A DNA stretch of 64,000 nt from Eledone cirrhosa (Eukaryota): positions 253,704,001 through 253,768,000 of the forward strand of contig OZ024743.1 in the NCBI GenBank assembly GCA_964016885.1, written 5' to 3'. Below the pieces are notes generated by a model. The model was given only the letters and a program-made list of their open reading frames with translations. It was not told the DNA's origin and did not search any database. A program made the position numbers and the translations under genes. The stretch's first letter is position 1; each line of letters starts with the position of its first letter. Shown one piece after another: positions 55,790-64,000 of the stretch.

Positions 55790-57082
55790 TATATATATAT
55801 ATATTTATTTATTAAAATAACAGATTAAAGTTTAAGCAAAGAATCGCTGCTTTCACCCTTAACAGGATCTTCTGAAACTAACAAAGTCAATCTGTGAACG
55901 CAGAAGTGAATATTTCAAAAAACGTTGCAATCGGAGGAAGACAGGAAGACGATACTTTGGTTCGTGGAAACCTTCCCTGGCAAAGGACGGGAAAAAACGA
56001 ATATAATACGTCATTATTTGGACCGTTGAAAAACATTTACACGTAAAGACAAAACCACGTTTATCGTATAAAAGAAGTCGTAGACTAATATTCTATTATA
56101 TATCAAGAGACTGAACACAGAAATTTACAATATGCAGAAATATTGATGAATTGATACCACATCAGTTATATTGTCTGTTTTTGGCATAGCTGTGGTACAC
56201 AATTATTGGATCTGATTCCCTCTATAGGCACATATCCATGTCAATGTTGCCAAAAATATTTTTTATGATTGAGTATTTACTGGACCTATGATGGCCCTGA
56301 CAAATTGTCCCGTTGTTTGAACAATGATACAGCCTACTTCTGAAAATGAACATGCAAGTGGCCGAGCATTCTAAAGACACATGTACACTCAATACTGTAC
56401 ACAGGGAGATTCACCACAACACAGTGTGTGGTAATGTTGGCCTTTTCAATTACACGTACAACTCAATTTTTAACAGATGAGTGAAGTGCAACAATCTGAA
56501 ATAAAGTTTCTTGCTCAAAAATACAACCTGCAGCTGCGAATCAAACTCATAAACTTACAATTGTACATCAAATACTCTAACCACTAATTCACCTGCTTTA
56601 AATAGGAATGTAAGGAAAGGAGCCAATAATAAGATTGAACCAAAGAAACTAGGTTTTCATTGGTCTTTTCCTCTTTCAGTCACAATTCGTGACAAAATTG
56701 CCTCCAATTATCGGAGAGAGGAGGCAGATTTTGAACGCAAAACAAACTGGCCAGAACAGATACCACCAATCATCTCCCCCTTTCGTTTTAACTATCCTAC
56801 TAAACTACCATGGACTGGTAACTTATTAATCTACTCTGAAGGGATAAAAGGACCAACTGTACTCACTGAGATTTACTTACAATGAATTATGTCTATTTCA
56901 TTCTAAACTGGCTCTAAAGGTTGTAGGACCAGCTTCATTAAAATACACAATATATATGTATAGATTTTTATGTATTAATTGTCCTTTTAAATATGTCTGT
57001 CTTCATACCTATTCATAGTTACATGTATATTCAGATGCATATATCCGCATACAAATAGACCCACATATACATATATATATGT

Positions 57083-57114
<32 letters not shown>

Positions 57115-57175
57115 TCATACATTCCTATATACATATGTATACTTAGTTATGTATGTAAGTAGATATATGTATATT

Positions 57176-57176
57176 T

Positions 57177-57238
<62 letters not shown>

Positions 57239-57248
57239 TATATATATA

Positions 57249-57315
<67 letters not shown>

Positions 57316-57317
57316 TA

Positions 57318-57377
<60 letters not shown>

Positions 57378-57390
57378 TTATTATTATTAT

Positions 57391-57451
<61 letters not shown>
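57176..57451. repeat. (TA)n microsatellite
   Basis: Directly visible. Confidence 0.97.
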
Positions 57452-57453
<2 letters not shown>

Positions 57454-57993
57454 CATACACACAAATATAAAGCAGTTAAAAAAAAATCAATTATTAACTG
57501 GCGTGTTTAAGGGGAAATGCGTTATCGATCAACTGGTGTGTGTTTCTTTCTTTATTCAGGTCTGAAAACAAAGGAGGAAAAAATGCACCAACTGACATTA
57601 GGTGCTTTTAAATATTCAATTTATTGCAGCTAATTTTCTTTTGAAAGTCCTTTGTTCAGAATGTTCTAGAAATTGAAGATAAATGGTAAAATAGAAAAGA
57701 AAAATAAATTTTTGTTGAGTTTTATTTATTGTAACATTGGCTTTGATGGTGAAATTATTTTACCTTAGTTTGTTAGGTCAAACTATTTCATTTCATTTCC
57801 AGTTGTGTTTGGACTATTTTTTATATTTGTATATTATTGTTGTGATTGTGTCTGCTCCTGGCTCTGGTATATACCAAAGTTGTCGCAAGTACATCATCGA
57901 TTGCCTAATAAAACAAATACAATTTTGCACTCTGTTTCACATTTCACTTAGGTATAGAAAATTGGTGATAGATCACATCATATCATATTAAAT

Positions 57994-58036
<43 letters not shown>

Positions 58037-58074
58037 CAAGTAAGTATGTTTTGAAACAGTGACCAGGTTTAAAA

Positions 58075-58293
58075 TTAGAAAATAGAATAGCTTTCACCGT
58101 ATTTTTGACTAAAGAAAGTTTAGCCTGATAATGGGGTTTAGAACCCTCAGATAAATGGAAAAAGATGAGTATTGACGTAGATGGGAGTAGGTCAATACTC
58201 ATCTTTTTCCAATTATCTGAGGGTTCTAAACCCCATTATCAGGCTAAACTTTCTTTAGTCAAAAATACAGTGAAAGCTATTCTATTTTCTAAT
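58075..58293. repeat. fold-back insert (~100-bp arms) in (TA)n
   Basis: ttagaaaatagaatagctttcac...gatgagtattgac / gtcaatactcatc...gtgaaagctattctattttctaa; the ORF track shows the same peptide on both strands. Confidence 0.85.
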
Positions 58294-58294
58294 A

Positions 58295-58420
<126 letters not shown>

Positions 58421-59381
58421 TATACCATATATATGTATATGTTTTGAGAACTTGATTTATTCGTATATTCAGACTCACACACATACAAATATATATATAA
58501 TTATAGGTGCAGGCATGGATGTATGGCTAAAGACTAATTTGTAGCCATTTGATTTCAGCTTCAGTGATGTTAGGCATGGCTATGTACAGGTCAACATCTA
58601 TCCATCTTAGTGTTATGTATACTGTTTTCTATCCCATGATACATGACCTAATACAAAAAATACATGCTCTAAAGCGGTTGGTGGAAGGAAAGGCATCTAG
58701 CCATCGAAATGTTGCCAAGGAAAGGGTTGGAATGATCCTACAATTGTGTCAAAGACCTGGCAATATCTCCAGTAATGGCATTATGATAAAATGAACTCTT
58801 CAGAGTCCTTGAATATGGCTTGTGAAGATTTGTCAAATACTAGCTAGAAGGGAACACAGACATTAAGTTATGATGATGAATCATCGTTTAACGTCTATCT
58901 TCCACGCTAGCTGTGGGTTTGTCTCACGTCAGGCAAGATTGGTTGTCATGCTCAGAACTGTCTGGCGGGTTTTCTACGGCTGGATGCCCTTCCTAACACC
59001 AACCACGTTTACAGTGTGGACTGGGAGGTTTTTACCGTGTTACCTACATGGCCACATTACAGCGTGGACTATGTGTTTTTTTTTTGTCGTGACACCTACA
59101 CGACCTCATTTATTTAGGACTATTGTGAGATAGCTGGAAGCTTGTCAAATAGTAAGGCATGAAGAGACAGATTTCATAAAACCTGCTCAATGTTCTGTTT
59201 GCTTAAAGAAATTAGCTTTAGCTGACCCAAAACAGTGTGGATTTATTGTTGAGTACAAGCTACCCTTTGCTATTTTTGATCATTTGCCTGATCTTATTAA
59301 CATATGCTGTCATTAAATATATATTTATTGAATATATATGTATTAAATATATATATATTTATTAAATATATATATACAATA

Positions 59382-59767
59382 ATATTAAATAAATGGAAAC
59401 TATATTTATAAAACCATAGTTATTCTATTATATATAGTTCAAGGGTACCAAAAGCTTTGGTACGCTTTCATCAGATAAAATACAATAGTTTTATAAACTA
59501 CCCAGGGATATTCAACTGATAAGGTATGATTATCCTTGGCTATGTCAATATTTATAAAACACTCTTTGTATTTTATCTGATGAAAGCGTACCAAAGTTTT
59601 TTGGTACCCTTGAAATATATATAATAGAATAAATATGGTTTTATAAATATAGTTTCCATTTATTTAATATCATTGAATATTTACTCCAGAAAATCTGTCA
59701 AGTGCTCTGAATCAGTTATAAACATTTATATTTGTTGGATTTCCAACAAATTAAATATCCCTTCTAC
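59382..59767. mobile_element. fold-back family E pLTR with hammerhead and tail
   Basis: Arms ~59382-59497 and ~59551-59670. Plus-strand 59571-59629 reads ttttat-CTGATGA-aagcgtaccaaag-ttt-tttggtaccctt-GAAA-tat-ATA-taatagaa. The tail matches 46490-46592. Confidence 0.85.
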
Positions 59768-59847
59768 TTATATATATATATATATAATCATATATAAACA
59801 TGAATATATATATTTAAAACCTGAGTGAACACACAAATATTTTTCCT

Positions 59848-60430
59848 GTATAAGTATGTATACGTACATACATATATGTATACAGACGTACAGTAGTATG
59901 TATATATATATACATATATGCACACATATATATATATATGTACGTATGGATTCACCGAACATTTATTATAATGCTTGGTGTGTTTGTAAACAAGCATCCC
60001 GAATTAAGCCGTAGTGTCTAGCAACCATCGTTGCTCGTTTGTTCAACACTGACAAAGGAACGCTGTACTAGTTTCAAGCTTATTAGCTATCGTGAGCAAC
60101 GTATACCTTCCTGCCAGATGGTTGAACGTCTGAAAGTATTTACTTTCCTTATGCATATTAACGCCTGAGCAGCCTAATTTGTATATCGCGTGTGTTAATC
60201 GGCCGGGGTACCGAAAACGATAAACGGAGAAAATGAAACAAAATTTCATTTCTCACTCTTAGTACGGCTGTTACTTAAATATAAGTATGTATACGTACAT
60301 ACATATATGTATACAGACGTACAGTAGTATGTATATATATATATATACATGCACACACATATATATATACGTATGGATTCACCGAATATTTATTATAATG
60401 CTCGGTGTGTTTGTAAACAAACATCCCGTA
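59848..60430 (-). mobile_element. family A repeat, partial tandem, hammerhead core mutated (CUCACGA) at 60060-60102
   Basis: Collinear with the 38054-38893 units. Confidence 0.8.
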
Positions 60431-61069
60431 TTTTCTTCTTTTCACTCTCCACTGTCTGTCTATTCATTTATTTCTCATTTTATCTTCTGATGAGGGAGTA
60501 GTCTCCAAAATGTTGAGACACTTATCATACTTTAAATTAATATATATCGTCATTTTAATACATTATTTGTTTTGTTGTTTTCCTTTTAATTTTAGTACAG
60601 ATACGTACACACACACATAGATATTATACTGCTCATGAGTGACAACATGTGTATGTATATGTCGATATGTATGTACATGCTTATGAACTCAAATATCAGG
60701 TATCAGGTGTCTTTATACATTATTAATCACAAAGTAATAAAGAATCTGACTGGTCCTTCTTGCAACTTGAACCTGTAGTTACAGTTGCATATGGCAATGT
60801 TTGTTATTTGGCTCCCTACAGGATTTTGAGATCTTTAGTACCCTGTGGTCACTCCTGTGTTACTCTAATTGACGTGCGGTAGACTGAGGCATGTCTATCG
60901 CTACAGAAACACAATCTCACATCTAAAAAACAGTGATGGTGTGGTGATGGTGGGGGTGACTTGTACGAAGACGAGGAGAGGAAAATCATGATGTTATTGA
61001 TAAGGGAGGTGCTAGTGACATGAATTATGTTTATTATACACAAACATATCCTATATGCTTCCATATACA

Positions 61070-61521
<452 letters not shown>

Positions 61522-61576
61522 ATATATATATAGCCGTCGAGACGGCTTCAGCTCTGCCGTCGGGGTCATACCTTTT

Positions 61577-61626
<50 letters not shown>

Positions 61627-61803
61627 TATTGAAGTTTGCTTGAAGCATTGTGGATCAATAAGTAAATATCTATAAGTCGTTTGGAAGCCTCGACAATGCA
61701 AGTGGGTAAATCTCCGGGTAACAAGGTCCCGTGGTGGAGAGAGAGATGTAAGTGGGTGTACGTTGAGATGCGTGGTGTGTATAAGATGTGTGAGATGTGT
61801 AAA

Positions 61804-61930
<127 letters not shown>

Positions 61931-61984
61931 TATACATGTATACACAAATATTACTATCAGCAATATTATTATCATTGTTTTTTG

Positions 61985-63684
61985 CGTCTCAGTCATTGAT
62001 GTTATTTAACTGGAAAGTTTGTTGAAATGAATATCAAGCCGCTACCTGCAGCCTCAGATATTCAGGGCGTATCGGAGGGTTCTTGCTGTTCCCAGCAAGC
62101 ATGACTTTTGAAGTGTTCCATAAAGCGGGGCTGGACTAATTTTCTTTAACCATCTTTGGAAACTCTTTGAGATGGTACCTAGTGCGCCTATGACAATCGG
62201 GACGACTCTGACTTCATGGCAGTTCCAAATCCTTTTTACCTCCCACTTTAAGTCCTGGTATTGGTTAATTTTCTCCCTCTCCTTTTCTTGCACTCTCGTG
62301 TCAAATGGGCAGGCTACATCTACAATCAGGCACGATCTGTTTTCCTTGTCCAAAAGCACCAGGTCAGGCCTATTGTGTTCCGGTTTCTTGTCCATCTGTA
62401 TCCTAAAATCCCATAGCACCTTCACCTGATCGTTCTCTCAACCTCTTCACCTTCATCTCCCTTTGGCTCGTTTTCCTAGCATACTCCACTCTCCATTTCC
62501 AACCTAATCTCTCTGCTGAGTTCCTCCAGTTCCAGCTCGCTTATCCACCCATTAGTTCTTATTACCCGAGCCTGCCCGGCCAATTTTTGTTCATCTAATT
62601 TAAATAGACCAATCTCGTTCCAGATGCTATGCATCCGTTTCCTATAGCTTTTTTTCTTGGGGTTACTCTTCAGGTAACATTGCATAACAGTTCTATTCAA
62701 TTCTTTCGTCCAATTGGTTCTGGTCCCTTTCCTTCTTCTTCTTCTTCTTCCTCCAACACTAACAGTATTTGGATGACAGCCTGTTCCCTGCTGCTGGGCC
62801 ATGGAGCACCTGCTGGGTGAGAGTCTGTCACATGACATTCCAGTCTCCATTTCACCGTTATCCGAACTGTTTAGGTTCGACATTTAAACACTCATATCGA
62901 GGATTGGTGAATGTATGGTTACATAACCACCGGTGATTTCATCACGCCCAGTGGTTTGATCACCTTCGGTGATTTTAGCATGGCACTATCACGCTGTAGA
63001 CGAACATACTAAATAAACAAATAAATAGGTAAAAAATAAGCATAAGTTTAAGTTTCATTGTAATGTAATGTTTGAATGTCTGACTTAGTTTTATTGTTTG
63101 TTTGTTTGTTTGTTTGTTTGTTTGTTTGTTTGTTTGTTTGTTTGTTTGTTTGTTTGTTTTTCTTTTCTTTTCTTATTTCTTTTATTTACGTTTTTCGTTG
63201 CTGGTGTGATGTTTTGATTTTGATTTTTGATTTTTTGATTTTTTGACCGGGTCATCACATCAGTCTATTTATATCTTTTGATACCTTCCTCACTTAGTGG
63301 GAATACTACGATCCCTCTGTCTTAGCAGGAGGTAGTGAGAGAGAATAGCGGCGGTAGCGATAATGAGGCAGTGGTGGTTTTGTGAGAGTAGTACTTAGCA
63401 AGAGGTAGTGGGAGAGAATAGCGGCGGTGGCGATAATGAGGCAGTGGTGGTGGTGGTGATGTGATCGTAGTACTGTAGTGATGGTGTTGAAGTTGAAATA
63501 GAAATAGAAGATAAAGTTTCAGTCAAAACTGTAATCTTATGTTTCTTGCTGAGAGTAAAAACTGTAATCTTATGTTTCATTTGTAATAAGAATTATTCTA
63601 TCACAGTTGTTTTAAATATGTAAAAATCAAAAACTTACGTCAGCGATTCCATAACACTATAATCCACCACGTGCGTATCTTCCC
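61985..63684 (-). mobile_element. internally deleted R4/Dong-like non-LTR retrotransposon (5' UTR, N-terminal domain, RLE, 3' UTR; RT missing)
   Basis: ORF 62476..62883 (WTKELN..MQCY..YRKRM..W..EQKLAGQARVI..GWISELELE, Dong/R4-type N-terminus) lies ~50 bp from ORF 62054..62425 (VLWDFRIQ.D..HNRPDLVLLD..IVDVACPFD..KEREKI..Y..VPIVIGALG). TAA-like repeats on both flanks. Confidence 0.85.
62054..62425 (-). pseudogene. restriction-like (PD..D..K) endonuclease domain of an R4/Dong element
   Basis: RPDLVLLD...IVDVACP...KEREKINQY motif. Confidence 0.85.
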
Positions 63685-63749
63685 TATTATTATTATTATA
63701 ATTATTATTATTATAATAATAATAATTATTATTATTATTGTTATTATTG

Positions 63750-64000
63750 TTCTTTGAGTCTGAGTCATTGAAGTTAGTTAACTGGAAAGTTTGTTGAAAA
63801 GAATATCAAGCCACTACCTGTAGCCTCAGATATTCAGGACGTATCGGAGGGTTCTTGCTGTTCCCAGAAAGCATGCCTTTTGAAGTGTTCCAAAAAGCGG
63901 GGCGGGGTTAATTTTCTTTAATAATCCCTGGACACCTTTAGAGATAGTTTCTAGTGCGCCTATAACAATCGGGACGACTCTGACTTCATGGCAGTTCCAA
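63750..64000 (-). mobile_element. 3' end of a second R4/Dong-like copy adjacent to (TAA)n
   Basis: 63762-64000 aligns with 61990-62228; preceded by a (TTA/TAA)n tract at 63685-63750. Confidence 0.85.

Noticed and set aside
58075-58293. Hammerhead in this fold-back element
   Set aside because: Only CTGAGGG and a distant GAAA are present and the stems do not close, so it is recorded as an inverted repeat only.
60836-60862. LVPCGHSCV peptide resembling part of a RING finger
   Set aside because: The frame closes within a few codons and the remaining Cys residues are absent; likely chance.

Overview
This is AT-rich eukaryotic (animal) non-coding DNA, most consistent with an octopus/cephalopod intron or intergenic region (inference from SINE/LINE content and very high (TA)n, (CA)n, (TTA)n microsatellite density). 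No intact host gene is recognisable; most ORF-track entries are microsatellite translations or transposon debris. Recognisable content: decayed RTE, CR1, Tx1/L1 and R4/Dong non-LTR retrotransposons; tRNA-derived SINEs (Meta-like and CORE-like, one sharing its 3' tail with the RTE LINE); a 3-kb hAT (hATm-like) DNA transposon with intact ends; Helitron-like ends; MITEs; and three Penelope-like elements (PLEs) with GIY-YIG endonuclease remnants. The main hidden structure is a population of about a dozen fold-back (palindromic) inserts and several tandem 0.4-kb repeats sitting in (TA)n tracts. Most carry minimal type I hammerhead ribozyme motifs from at least six unrelated sequence families. These include a canonical one at 55249-55296 and two families with a U3-A8 covariant core. 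They appear to be PLE pseudo-LTR hairpins or retrozyme-like elements. All ribozyme calls are by-eye folding, not computed.
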